DNA of 64,000 nucleotides from Octopus vulgaris (lineage: Eukaryota), in contig OX597832.1 in the NCBI GenBank assembly GCA_951406725.2, forward strand, positions 68,634,001-68,698,000, in the 5' to 3' direction. The notes beneath the pieces were generated by a model. It did not search any database. It had not been told where the DNA came from and worked only from the letters and a program-made list of their open reading frames with translations. This document shows, one piece after another, positions 40,741 through 53,252 of the stretch. A program made the position numbers and the translations under genes. How positions within the stretch are numbered: position 1 is the stretch's first letter; each line of letters starts with the position of its first letter.

Positions 40741-42244
40741 CATTCAGCAAAAAGAACATAAGATGAATAAGAGAAAATTTAGAAGACATATTTATTGGTG
40801 TCAGTTCGTTTGACTGAACCATTTTAGGCAAAACTCCAATATGGCCACAGTCCCATGATGGAAACTGGTGGAAAAAGTAGGGAATCTAGAATGAGATTGT
40901 CCAATATGTTTCCATTGATTTTACAAGATGGTTTGCTCTTTATTAAAGGGAAATTTGGCTGCCATTTCTAGCAGAGCCTAGTCCTTTGACTTGCCAGGTC
41001 CTGTTGAACCATCCAACCCATGGCAGCATGGAAAATGGATGGTAAACCATGATGATGATGACTCTAGAGATCATTCCATACCCATCAACCTTGTTTCCAT
41101 CTAAAATGAGGATCCATAACACAGGAACAAGCCTACAAATGTGCAGACAGGCTTTATAGATAATCATTTGACCAGAACTCATATTTATATTATCCCACGA
41201 AGGGAGAAAGGTAGCGTCAGTTTTGGAGAATTAGAACTAAGAGCACAAAGAGATGCCATGAAATGGTAAAATACATTTTATTTCTATCCAATCCATCTTT
41301 TTTTATTATCCATTCTGCTTCTCATATCTTTAATGGCATCCTCTAAAAAAAAGAATAATAAGCTATATCAACCTCAGCAAACCCTTAACAGTCTTAGAGT
41401 TTCCATCAGTGTTCAATGGCAGGATGTTTCAATGAATTATTGAATAATCGCTGCGAGAGAATGACAAATTGGTTAACATCGCAGCAGGAAATATGGAGTT
41501 AGAAAAGAAGTTACCGAACTGCCCTCTTGACACATCAAAGCAAAAAAAAAAAAAAAAAAAAAAACAATAAAACAATAAAAAGCCAAAAAAAGAAAACAGA
41601 AAAAAGAAAAAGCATTTAAATGACTTCTATCCAGTAACTGGTCCTCCTAAGATTAGCAGTTAAATGTCCCTCAAATCGTACATAAATGTCTTGAATAAGA
41701 AATAATGCATTGGGTGTTATTATTATGCAGGATGTTCAAACAACATAAAAGCTTATTTTAAATTAAGAAACAAGACTGGATGTTCATGTCTAAAACATCT
41801 TTAATCACAGGTCTGCTCAGTCTCAATCAGGGATGATTAATGACTAAATAACAAGGATAATTATTTCAAAATTAAACACAATATTTATTATTGTTGCAGA
41901 TGAATTTGAGATAATAACATTAATTCATCTTAATTGAATCAATGAAGTTAATGATTTTTGTTTTTCTTTTTTTTTTAGTAACCACATCGGCTCTGATTGT
42001 GTAAAGCAATCATCAAAAACACTGCAGTCATTATTGTCTCACTGTTTTAATGTGAACCTATGATTACATTATCTAATGTGTGTCCTTCTCATCTTCAGAC
42101 AATGGATTATGATTCAAGAGAGATTTGGCTGCTATTTTCTAGCAACTTGGGTGACCATTTAAAGGGGTCATTCCTGGTTTGAGATCAATGAAGTACATCT
42201 AATGGAATGGTAAATATTTTTTTTGAATAGTTAAAACAGGTTAT

Positions 42245-42575
42245 CATTGTCACTGTTTAATGTCCACTTTCCATGCTGGCATGGGTTGGATGGTTTGACT
42301 GAGGGCTGGCAAGCCAGAAGGCTGCACCAGGCTCCAATCTGATCTGACTAAGTTTCTACAGCTGGATGCCTTTCCTGATGCCAACCACTCCGAGAGTGTA
42401 GTGGGTGAATTTTACATGCCACTGGCATGAGGGCCAGTCAGGCAGTACTGTCATCAACCATGATCAAAGGGTGTTTTTTACGTGCCACCAGCATGGAGCC
42501 AGTCAGGCAGTACTGGCAATGATCACGCTGAAATGGTGCATTTTACATGTCACTGGCACAGGACCGATCAGGTGA
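42245..42575 (-). mobile_element. RTE 3' UTR fragment
   Basis: Homologous to 9355-9660, including the TTTTACGTGCCAC repeats. Confidence 0.85.
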
Positions 42576-43081
42576 TACTTGTATCTTTCTATAAAAATAA
42601 GTATTTGAGCTTGACCTGCCAGTAGTAACAGCTGAATATCCTTCAAATCACAGAGTAGAACTTTAGATAAATGAAGGGCACACAAACTAACTGGGCAGCA
42701 TCGGTGTGGCTGATTTCCTGATGTGCAACTAAAAGCAGCTTTATGACCACAAAATCATGTTTTAAAACCTTAAAAAATGGATGGACGGAGACATTGGATT
42801 ATATATCATCATTATTATCATTTTAATGTCCACTTTTCTATGCTTGCATGGGTTGGACAGCATTTATTGAAACACAGTTTCTATGACCAGATGGTCCTCC
42901 TGTTGCCAACCGTCACCTCTTTCCAAGCAAGGTAATGATATCTCCTCGTGGCTAATCATGTTTCCACAGAATCATCATCATTTTTTATTGTCTGCACAAT
43001 GCTTGTATGGCAGTGATATTCATTTACAACAATCACACTAAGACAAAATTAGGACACATGTACACACATATATGCATATAA

Positions 43082-43235
43082 GATGGGATTCCTTCAGTTT
43101 CTGTCTATCAAAATCCACTAACAAGGCCTTGGTTGGCCCAAGGCTACAGCAGAAAACATCTGCCCAAGTTGCTATATGGTCAAACTGAACTGAAAACTAT
43201 GGGGGTGGGAAAAAAACCTCTTAACCACACTGACG
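43082..43235 (-). mobile_element. Decayed tRNA-SINE head
   Basis: TTCAGTTTC..CTA.CAAA.TCCACT.ACAAGGC...TGCCCAAG pattern. Confidence 0.7.
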
Positions 43236-43254
43236 CCCTTGCATCCTTTTATTG

Positions 43255-43259
<5 letters not shown>

Positions 43260-43319
<60 letters not shown>

Positions 43320-43331
43320 AACACACACACA

Positions 43332-43370
<39 letters not shown>

Positions 43371-43410
43371 ACACACACACACAGACACACACACACAGAC
43401 ACACACACAC
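43260..43410. repeat. (CA)n microsatellite
   Basis: Direct reading. Confidence 0.97.
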
Positions 43411-45527
43411 TCCTACAAAGATGTGATGGTAATAGCTAGAAGTTGTTTGATTATAGGCCTCTGCTCAATCAGAACAAGAAAGTTATTAAATAATGTAGCC
43501 TTTGGAATATCAAAAACAGAAATCACTTGGATGGTTGCAATTGGAAAAACTTAAATTGTAAAAACACTCAGCCAAGTTCACAAGCTAAAAGGGAACTTGT
43601 CTTGGACCATTCCATCTCCTAGAAAGACAAACCTAACAGAAACCCAAACGTTGTGTTGTTCTAAATAATGAATGTTCTTGTCAGGAACAATTCAGGATTT
43701 AGTGTATTCTGTTATAGATTTTCTCCGTTTGGGACTAGTACTGAATCCTAATTGAATAACAGTTAACACAGAACCAACAGGGGAATCTCTATGTGTTATT
43801 TTAATCACATAAAAATACAAGTCATATCTCTTTAGAATTAATCATTCCAAATTGGCCCCAATCATCTTCTCAGGAGAGCAAAGTTAGCACTGTGTGTGTC
43901 CTTTAGCAATGTTCAAATGTTTAAAAGCCTGCTCAAGAAAATGCATAATTACTCTGTTACATTTAATTATTGAGTTATATACAAGGTTCTATCAAGTTTT
44001 ATATTAATTTTTAAATAGAGATCCATCGTTTGTTGTTTACTTACTTATATTTAAATACATATATCTTTCAAGTGAGTAATGAAATTGAGTAAGCAAATTT
44101 GTTGTTTATAAAACCAATTTATAGAGTAGAAAGAATCTCTAAAAACTGTGGAGATCATGTGTTTATTTGTCTAACTCTTTTGTTATCATATTTCTACTGA
44201 AACACACTGCCTTTGAAAATAATGAAGAATTTAGTGAGAGAACATTGTCATTATTAAGCAAGAATTTAACAAATTTTAATGAAGTCTTGATGAAAGTTTG
44301 AATTTAAATCATTTTAAAATATAAAATGTGCTTCATAAAACCCAGGACAATCTCAGGATGGAAAGACTTGGATAAAAGAATTGATATTGAAAAAGTTGAG
44401 AATACATCTAACCATTTTTTCTAAGACTGAAATAACATGATCGCAGTTGAAATGTCTTGGACCAGAAACTAGATAGATTAGAACTAAACTGGTCCTAAAC
44501 AAACACCAAGAGCAGCAAATATCAGTAAAATTATCATCATCATCATCCTCATCGTCATTGCTGTTTTGCACTCTACTTTTTCTTGCTTAGACATGCCAGA
44601 TGCAAGTATTTTTCTGTCGTCCACTGCACTTCAAGATGCCAATCCCCACAACAAATTATCTGAACACGTTTATATGGAAAACCAGAAGAGAAACAAATGG
44701 CCCTAAGATAAGCATTTTTCTTTACAAAGATCATCCAATGTGTCAAGATATACATTTCTAATGAACTGCAAGCAAAACCACACAATTAGCAAAGCCAGTG
44801 TTTACAACTGGCAAATGAACATATGAGCAGACGCCCTCTTACAAACACATATACCTTTCAGTTTCCATTAACCAAATCTACTCACAACCCAAGTCAAAAC
44901 ACATGTGCCAAAGGTATTATGCAGTGAGACTGAACCTCAAATCAATACAGCTGGGAAGCAAACTTCCAAGACACAAAGCCATGTTCAAGCTTCTGTGATT
45001 GGATATTTTATTCTTTTTACTTTCTTTCTCTCAATTCACCAAGGAAGGATAATAAAAGACCTTAGTTTCAAGGAGGTCATTCTTCACCATTCTGAGCAAA
45101 GAACTAACAAACGGTCTCGTAAGAGCTGCTGCAGCAGAATGCAGCACATGAGTGGGTGAACTATCCCCAGAAGAGAGATGCTGATCAAATGTTTCGGACA
45201 CAGGGTATACTACAAAAGGCTTACATCTACACACCAAAAAATGATCCCATTCAACACCAACGTCCACTATTTGTTGCATGTAGTCATTGTTATGTTCAGT
45301 GGCAATACAGATTGATCAACTGTATCACCAAAGATCAGGTAAAGTGTAGTTTAAATGATGGGCCTCAACAAACATTCGAAAAAAATTTACAATTTCACAT
45401 ATAAAGCTTGCACCACATTTAGATTATGGTAATAAAATATCCACTAATTGTGAAATGAAATAATTAAACATACTTCTAATGATTTCACTATAATGTCCAC
45501 CATTTTCATTTATATAAACAAACTTAC

Positions 45528-45634
45528 TTCCAAATCTTCATTGAGTTCTTTACATCGGCGCTTTTTCAGGCGAAGCTCATCTTGGACAACATGCAATTTC
45601 TCATCCAGAGTTTTCTTTTCTTCCATTTCCTGAG
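45528..45634 (-). CDS. CCDC39: Internal coding exon, coiled-coil protein, probably CCDC39 (axonemal ruler)
   Basis: Acceptor TTTTTTTGTTTTCTTGTTTCCAG and donor GAA|GTAAGT; 107 bp, phase 1 to 0; encodes xQEMEEKKTLDEKLHVVQDELRLKKRRCKELNEDLE. It aligns without gaps to my recalled human segment [35 protein letters not shown] (13/35 identical). Recalled from memory, not searched. Confidence 0.8.
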
Positions 45635-45860
45635 CTGGAAACAAGAAAACAAAAAAAGGTAGGGTTATAATGCAACCAAAAAATGACCAAATTTTCTATG
45701 GACAACAGATAAAACTTGCATGGCAAGACACAGGAGCAAAGTGACCAAAGATCTTCATTTCAGTAAATTAATAGACAAAATTAAATATCTCAGTGCACCC
45801 CAATTTTTATTTGGTATCAAAACAGACCAAGAATACAAAATGAAATGAAAACTAATATAA

Positions 45861-46225
45861 AACAAGAGCACTCAGAGAGAGCAAACCTCCACCAAAGCAA
45901 CATCATCCTCTCAACGATTAGTCAGAGATAATTCCTAAAATTAGAATATCTGAAATAAATTCGACTGCTCTCACAAACAAAGATACTAAAAATGAGCCTG
46001 ACCATTCTCAGAAATTAAGTAAATGAAAACAGAAAAAATAGTCCATAATCCTTGTCCAGTATCAGATCAATCCCTAAATCTAATCAGTTTGTATCAGTCA
46101 CAAGGCCAAACATCCCTGAAAGTTCCATCTGAATTCATCCAGTGGTTCTTGAGATATCTTGTCCATGGACAAACAGACAAACACAACTGAAAATAATACC
46201 TGTGCCTTCACTAAGGCAGAGGTTA
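45861..46225 (+). mobile_element. DINE-1/Helentron-type non-autonomous element
   Basis: Starts AACAAGAGC; sub-terminal ACCTCC.CC; GACA-type repeat; terminal hairpin ACCTGTGCCTT-CACT-AAGGCAGAGGT; A-run flanks. Confidence 0.75.
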
Positions 46226-46317
46226 AAATTAAACAAAAAAATTAGCTCTTATATATTGATATATATGCGTGTGTATGTGTGTGTTTATATATGTATCTAT
46301 ATGTATTTATCAGTAAG

Positions 46318-46440
46318 AGTGTATGGCCCAGTGATTAAGGTGTCACACTTATGACAGGTAGATTGTAATTTCAATAACTGGACCAGGTACTACACTGTGT
46401 TCTTGAGCAAAACACTTCATCTCAGGCAGCTCTACATTCA
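46318..46440 (+). mobile_element. Decayed CORE-like tRNA SINE head
   Basis: TGGCCCAGTGATTAAGG...TGTGTTCTTGAGCAAAACACTT; homologous to 52913. Confidence 0.7.
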
Positions 46441-47038
46441 CTTCAACACCCTATGTGTGGTACACTGTGCATCTGTTCAAGCAATGTCAATTTGATTGAG
46501 AGAATGCACCAATGCGCAGCACATGCAGTCGATTGCTATAAGCAAATTATTTGTGCAAATCATTTAACCGAACCTGAATACTCATACCTCGTCTTTGAAA
46601 GCAGATTCCATCATCTATTTATCTAAGTAGGAATGTATATATGTGTATGTATGTATATATGTATGTATGTAGACTCCAATTAGGTGTGTTTTATATACTT
46701 CTTTTATGGTTTTCATATATTCATCTTTTGTCCTATTTTCAGTCTTTATTCAATATTGAATATCTGTGCATCTATAGCTTGGCAAATTGATGTTGATCTC
46801 ATCACAACTGGACTGGATGATATTGTAGACATTTTTATGGAAATCAGTGGAGAACTGATCAAGAGATTGAACACATTTAGGTTGACAGAGGTTTTGTGCT
46901 TTCCTCTCATATTTGCCTGTCTAATTCTCTTTCAATTCTTTGTGCTAACTTTGTACTTCCATTGTTCTTTCTCACCCTATACACATGTGTGTGTGTGTGT
47001 GTACGTGTCTATTTCTCAAGTTATGAATAATTTGCAAG

Positions 47039-47127
<89 letters not shown>

Positions 47128-47243
47128 TATGTATGTATGCATGTATATATATCTCTCTCACTTTATATATTTATATATATATACACACACATATATACAT
47201 ATATCCAGAAATATAAACATATATGTGTGAGTGTGTGTGTGCG

Positions 47244-47297
<54 letters not shown>

Positions 47298-47456
47298 TAT
47301 GTATGTATGTATATATTTACATAGAGCATAAAAAATACAGAATACTAAGAAGAAAATACATGTCTTCAATTTTTATAAATGCACTCACACGCACACACAC
47401 ACACACACACACAGACACACAGGCATGTATCCATCTTTACGTATATATTTGTGTGT

Positions 47457-47545
<89 letters not shown>

Positions 47546-48487
47546 TTTATATATATATATATATATGCATTGATAATCATTAGGTTTAGTTCTGTCTCAG
47601 AATTTCCCATCATTCTCAAAGGGAAAAACAAAAATACTTGAGGAACATATATCTTTGATTCCACTGATATTTAACAGATTTGACAAAATAGAAAAGAAGT
47701 TTACACTATAGAAAACCCATAATTAGCTAAACTTTCTATTATTTTAATAAATCCCCCTTTAATCCAATTAATGGATTATCTGAAGAGTCTATGGCTTCCA
47801 GCCTTCTGATATGGTGATATATTTAAAGACACACAAACACATTCTTCCATATATATATATACATGTGTGTGTGTGTATGAATCAATGTTTCTCATTATTG
47901 TTTAGATTTCTCTGTTCTTCTGCTTCAATTTTCGATAATAAGGTCATTTCTTGCCTTATAATTGAACTGGAATTAGACACATTGTCTTGTAGATGGTATT
48001 GATATTTGGTTTTAGAGATATACTGAAGATTGATTTTCCTGAACATTTTTTGAATATATAATCAAATTCTCTATAATTCTTAAGTTATTTCACTTTTACT
48101 TGAAATAATGCTGAACACACATAAGTTATGATAAGTTGAAACTTAAAGAAGTTTATCCTATATGTATATGTAAACATGTGTGCATGTGTGTGTTTGTGCA
48201 TTTGTGAGTATGTGTTTGACATCACACAATAAATGAAAACAAGCAACACCGTTATATGAGCAGTTTCTCTGTTTCACAAAGTTTTGTGAAAACACGCCCC
48301 GCAAAGTAGAGTTATTACCATGTTTGGAAACAGGTGAGGCTCAGTGACAGGAAGTGTATCCAGCTGTAGAAACATTTGCCTGAACAAATTCCATCTGACC
48401 CAAACAAAGAAAAGTGGACATTAGAACAGTGATGATGATGGCAGTGGCTGTGATGAAGATGATGGCGATGATGATGATGATGATCCA

Positions 48488-48488
48488 T

Positions 48489-48571
<83 letters not shown>
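48488..48571. repeat. (GATA)n tetranucleotide microsatellite
   Basis: About 20 perfect units. Confidence 0.97.
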
Positions 48572-49065
48572 TGAGACAAACTCTATTAGTTTTATTTGTT
48601 TAATAAATTATTAAATCATACCTCCCTATAATAAAATCTTATAATGAATGAAACATTATAGTAAAACCCTTATAATTCATTTGTGTGTTTTTATAATTAT
48701 TATTATTTTTTTTATTATCATATCTCTGTTTATATGTTGGTCTGTCTATTTATCTATCATCATCATCATTTAACATCCGTTTTTCCATGTTGACATGGGT
48801 TGAACAATTTGACAAGAACTGGCAAGGCCAGAGGCAGCACCAGGCTCCTTAATTTGTTTTGGCTTGGGTTCTACAGCTGGGTGCCCTTCATAATGCCAAC
48901 CACTCCAGAGAGTCTCCTAGGTGTATTTTACATGGAACCAGCTCCCACACAATTCAAATAATGCATCTCAAGTTAGAGCTTATACAGTCTGTTAATTCTA
49001 TTGCTGCTATCCTTCCTAATTTGATGCTTTTCACAGTGGAATTATTTATTTATTTATTACTTAAA

Positions 49066-49097
<32 letters not shown>

Positions 49098-49153
49098 TAC
49101 ATCATATTTAAACAAACATAAGTCTCTTTTTGAAGTACTTAAAAGCATTGTAG

Positions 49154-49502
49154 CACAATTAGAAAGATATATTTTTCAATGCGTAAGCACCAATAGAACA
49201 GCATACATAGCATAAAATCCTTACAGAGCAGAAAAATGTGTCAGCAACCAACCATAAGAATCGAACTCACATCCCTTTGATTTTTAGTCAAGTGCTCTAC
49301 CATTTTGCTAAACTGTTGCAGAAGAATGTGTCAGTAAAGCAGTTTATTGTAATGGTAGAGCACTTGACTGGAAATCAAAGGGATGTGAGTTTGATTCTCA
49401 TGGTTGGTCACCGGCAGGTCTTTCTTGCTTTGTAAGGATTTTATCCTATGTATGCTGTTCTATCAGTATTTACACGCTGAAAAATATATCTTTCTAATTG
49501 TG
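49154..49502. repeat. Inverted repeat of two divergent tRNA-like SINE units
   Basis: Arms 49154-49315 and 49340-49502 with a 24-bp spacer; the inner ~70 bp of each arm has A-box, anticodon arm and B-box. Confidence 0.88.
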
Positions 49503-49717
49503 ATATATTATTATATATCATATATTGTTATTTATAATAATTCAAGTGATCTTAATAGATTTATTTTTTACTCTAATTATTATCCATAAGTGGTGCAATT
49601 TTGTTTTGTTCAGGTGGTTTTGTGTTGAGAGTTAAATTCATTTGTTTCTCTGGTATGATTGGTTCTGCTTCCCTTTTCTGTTAATATTGGAAACTTTACT
49701 TCATAACTTGTAAATAA

Positions 49718-50065
49718 TAGGTGCAGGATTGGCTGTGTGGAAAGTAGCTTGTTTACCAACCACATGGTTCTGGGTTCAGCCCCACTGCATAGCACCTTGG
49801 GCAAGTGCCTTCTACTATAGCCTCGGGCTAACCAAAGCCTTGTGAGTGGATTTGGTGTGTGTGTGTGTGTGTGTATCTGTGTTTGTCCTCCCCCCACCAT
49901 CACTTGACAACCAGTGTTTGTGTATTTACGTCCCCGTCACTTAGCAATTCGGCAAAAGGACTGATAGAATAGGTACTAAGCTTAAAAACAATAAGTCCTG
50001 GGAGTCAACTTGTTCAACTAAAAAGGTGGTGCTCCAGCATGGCTGCAGTCAGATGACTGAAACAA
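49718..50065 (+). mobile_element. Full-length tRNA-derived SINE (long family)
   Basis: GGTGCAGGATTGGCTGTGTGG, GGTTCAGCCCC, CCTTGGGCAAGTG (CORE-like), (GT)n, ATGACTGAAAC-A tail. Confidence 0.9.
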
Positions 50066-51133
50066 AAAAAAAAAAAACTTTTTAACAGGTTTATTCCTAT
50101 TTTGCTGCACTTAAGCTTATGCTGGTTTATGTATTCAGGAATTAGATTGTAATTTCAAAATTTATTACTTTCTATAGAGGCTTCGTTTGTACACTTGATT
50201 GCTTAAGCCTCTGCATGTCACATCTTGCCAATCATATCTTTTCTATTCTTCAATTAATTCTTTGTTTTCTATTTTTCTGTTTCCTTTTTGATATTATTGT
50301 CATTGTAATTACAGCTTCACAGTAGTCTGACTTATCCTTTATTTTCCTCAATCTCTATCAGTGCTAAATTGGGTTGAAGGGCTGGAGCACTTAAACCTCT
50401 TTTCAGTAATCCTTGATATAGTTTGTCTATACACTAATTATCTAAATTTATCTTAATTAACTCTAGTGTATTCATTCAATTTATTTTACAGTAATTAAAC
50501 AATAGATACTCATATGTACACAAAATCTAGAAAGACAGATCGATGGTGCTAATAATCATTGTACACAAGAAAATGTAATTTAGTTCATTGTCACTCCATG
50601 ACTGAGTCTGTTGTTTATTAAAAGGAATTGACAGAGTCAGGTTTAAATTTGGCACTGGTCTCTGAGGTGATGAATTCTTGCTGCTAGTCTCCAATTCTGA
50701 GTGGAGTTGGTAGATTCAAAGGCAGTTGAAGATAAGATATGCCATTCAACTTCCTTCTATTTCTTTTATTACTTGTTTTATTCAAATATATAATTTCTTT
50801 CCTATAAATCTTCCCACTTGAAGGTTTCGGTTTGGACATCAATTTTTCTCTGACAACCTAGTTGCACTACCTATAATTTCAGATTGGCCAATTATACTCC
50901 TATTCATTTCTATTTTGAACAGATGGTACTTTTGCATTTCGGTTCATATAATGTTGAACCCCACCAGTCTAACAAAATATCAAATATTGACCTGCACGTG
51001 GTCCTTATATAATGGTGTATTGCATAATGTTATGCATATTCCATGCCTTACATAACTGAATGTACAATGTTACATCATAATAAAATCTCCTAATGAGACA
51101 TTGTAGCTAAACCATACAATTCATTCACCTGTC

Positions 51134-51186
<53 letters not shown>

Positions 51187-51282
51187 GTTATCCTTATCAT
51201 ATTACGTCACCTTGTTGATTCGAGTTATACTGTTTAGCTGACAAATGTGGTGGGATTCACTTAGTCATGCATCAACATTTAA

Positions 51283-51486
51283 TCCTTCAACATTTAGATT
51301 AATGTTTGTTTATTCACATTTTGAATTAATCCTGTATTATCTTGTAACTTCAAGATTTCAATGATGTGACAATATACTTTTGGAATGACATTGTAGGATA
51401 GGTGTGAGAGGCCAGTTGTAGCCAGTTTGAACATAAAACAGGTAGAATATTTGGGCTGGATTTGGACCTGTTTAAATGCTAAAGGG
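51283..51486. mobile_element. piggyBac-type MITE
   Basis: TTAA on both sides; degenerate 16-bp TIR (TCCTTCAACATTTAGA / TTTAAATGCTAAAGGG). Confidence 0.65.
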
Positions 51487-51558
51487 TTAAACTGATCCTC
51501 TTCTATATGTGTGTGTGTGTATATATAGATATATATATATGTGTGTGCATGTGTGAGC

Positions 51559-51597
<39 letters not shown>

Positions 51598-51604
<7 letters not shown>

Positions 51605-52432
51605 TACACACATGTGAGTGAGAACACTTTGAGATATTTTTGGTATCTAACATATGTCAGATACTGCGAGCGCTGCTTCTGATTGGTCAATCCACGGTGA
51701 TGACCCGAGGTCACGGTGACGGCACTACTTTTGTCATTCATAAGTTCCAACTAAACTTCATTCATTACTTTCACGAGCAGGTAGAATGTAGCCATGTAAT
51801 TAAACAAACATACTATCTTTTTTATACCAGATATCACTTAAAGTCATATACACATAAAATATAAACATTTCTGGTGTAATTCAATTTTTTGTTGCCAAAA
51901 AAAATCACAATATATTTCGTGTGCTTGTCGATACTCTTGCAGTGCAGGTAGATCTATCAACAAGATGGCTACTGTTGTGGATATCAAGGTGAATGATTTT
52001 GTTAAGATTGATGGTAAAGATGGGGGAAGAGTGTTATCCGTTGTTCAACCTCTTGGAACATACAGAATGTTCAAAGTGAAGATCAATACTGGCCAAGTTC
52101 GACTGAAAACTTAGCGCTATAAAGTTGGACTATCTTCCTGTGGCATGACATCTTTTACAGTTACACATTGTGACGTCACTGATGTGAAATCAAGCTGTAT
52201 TCATGCGCGCTTCAACACGATGTGAAGAATTTAGTTATTGGGTTAATAAAATATGGTCGTTTATTCGTGTGTAATAAATAAAATACCAAACTCATTCCCT
52301 ATGGATACCGTATTTATTACAACTCATGGCTTGTAAATGTATCTAACTCACTTTCACTCGTTAGATACGTTTACAAGCCACTCGTTGTAATAAATACGGT
52401 ATCCATAGGGAACTCATTTGGTATTCTCTCTA
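51598..52432 (+). mobile_element. Crypton-like non-autonomous element with terminal long hairpin
   Basis: 14-bp IR (51598-51611, 52267-52280); CTGATTGG near the 5' end; 144-bp hairpin 52282-52425; (TA)n on both flanks. The family call is from recalled architecture only. Confidence 0.6.
51965..52114 (+). CDS. 49-aa beta-barrel-like (SH3/KOW/Tudor pattern) ORF inside the element, possibly a truncated N-terminus
   Basis: AAGATGG start context; MATVVDIKVNDFVKIDGKDGGRVLSVVQPLGTYRMFKVKINTGQVRLKT*; reading continues RYKV after the TAG. Confidence 0.4.
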   Translation: MATVVDIKVNDFVKIDGKDGGRVLSVVQPLGTYRMFKVKINTGQVRLKT

Positions 52433-52474
52433 TATATATAAATGTATTGATACATTCATCGCCATACCTATTCT

Positions 52475-52680
52475 TTTATTCTGTTATTTGTTTCAGTCAT
52501 TTGACTGCAGCCATGCTGGAGCATCACCTTTAGTCAAACAAATCGACCTCAGGACTTATTCTTTGTAAGCCCAGTACTTATTCTGTCAGCCACTTTTGCC
52601 CAACCGCTAAGTTATGGGGACGTGAACACACCAACATCAGTTGTCAAGCAATGGTGGGGGAGACAAATACAGACATCTGT
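52475..52680 (-). mobile_element. 3' half of long tRNA SINE
   Basis: TGTTTCAGTCATTTGACTGCAGCCATGCTGGAGCA, reverse of the 50000-50065 end. Confidence 0.8.
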
Positions 52681-52912
52681 CAGTAGATGTTTAGCTTTAC
52701 ACATGGATTGAATAATAGTAGCAGGTTTTTGTTTTATGGAATAAGTTTTGCTGTAAACAACTGTCAGTGCCATGCACGTGACCAGCATCATTAAAGTCCA
52801 AGCCTGTTTAGCTGTTGGTTGCTTCCTATTGATAACTTCCTTGGTTACCTTTCTGCTTCCTGTATACTTCTGCATTAACCAATGGAAAGCCATAACAAGT
52901 CAATTATGACAG

Positions 52913-53252
52913 AGTTTGGCTCAGTGGTTAGAGCGTCGAGCTTACGATCGTGAGGTTGTGAGCTCGAATCCCGGACCGGGCTGCGTGTTGTGTTCTTGAG
53001 CAAGACACTTTATTCAACGTTGCTGCAGTTCACTCAGCTGTAGAAATGAGTTGCGACGTCACAGGTGCCAAGTTGTATCGGCCCTTGCCTTTCCCTTGGA
53101 CAACATCGGTGACGTGGAGAGGGGAGGCCAGTATGCATGGGCGACTGCTGGTCTTCCATAAAACAATCTTGCCCAGATTTGTGCCTCAGAGGGTAACTCT
53201 CTAGGTGCAAACCCATGGTCAGTGTCTGACCGAAGGGGGTCTTTTTTTTTTT
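52913..53252 (+). mobile_element. Young CORE-like tRNA SINE with T-run end
   Basis: A-box TGGCTCAGTGG, B-box-like GCTCGAATCC, TGTGTTCTTGAGCAAGACACTTTA; CpGs retained. Confidence 0.88.

Noticed and set aside
46684-47331. 215-aa hydrophobic ORF
   Set aside because: Half is TA repeat; the rest is T-rich sequence with no family motif.
49339-49410. Functional tRNA gene
   Set aside because: The acceptor stem does not pair, the two copies disagree at the anticodon, and one B-box is mutated.
52913-52985. tRNA-Val(TAC)-like gene
   Set aside because: No acceptor stem; continues into a SINE body.
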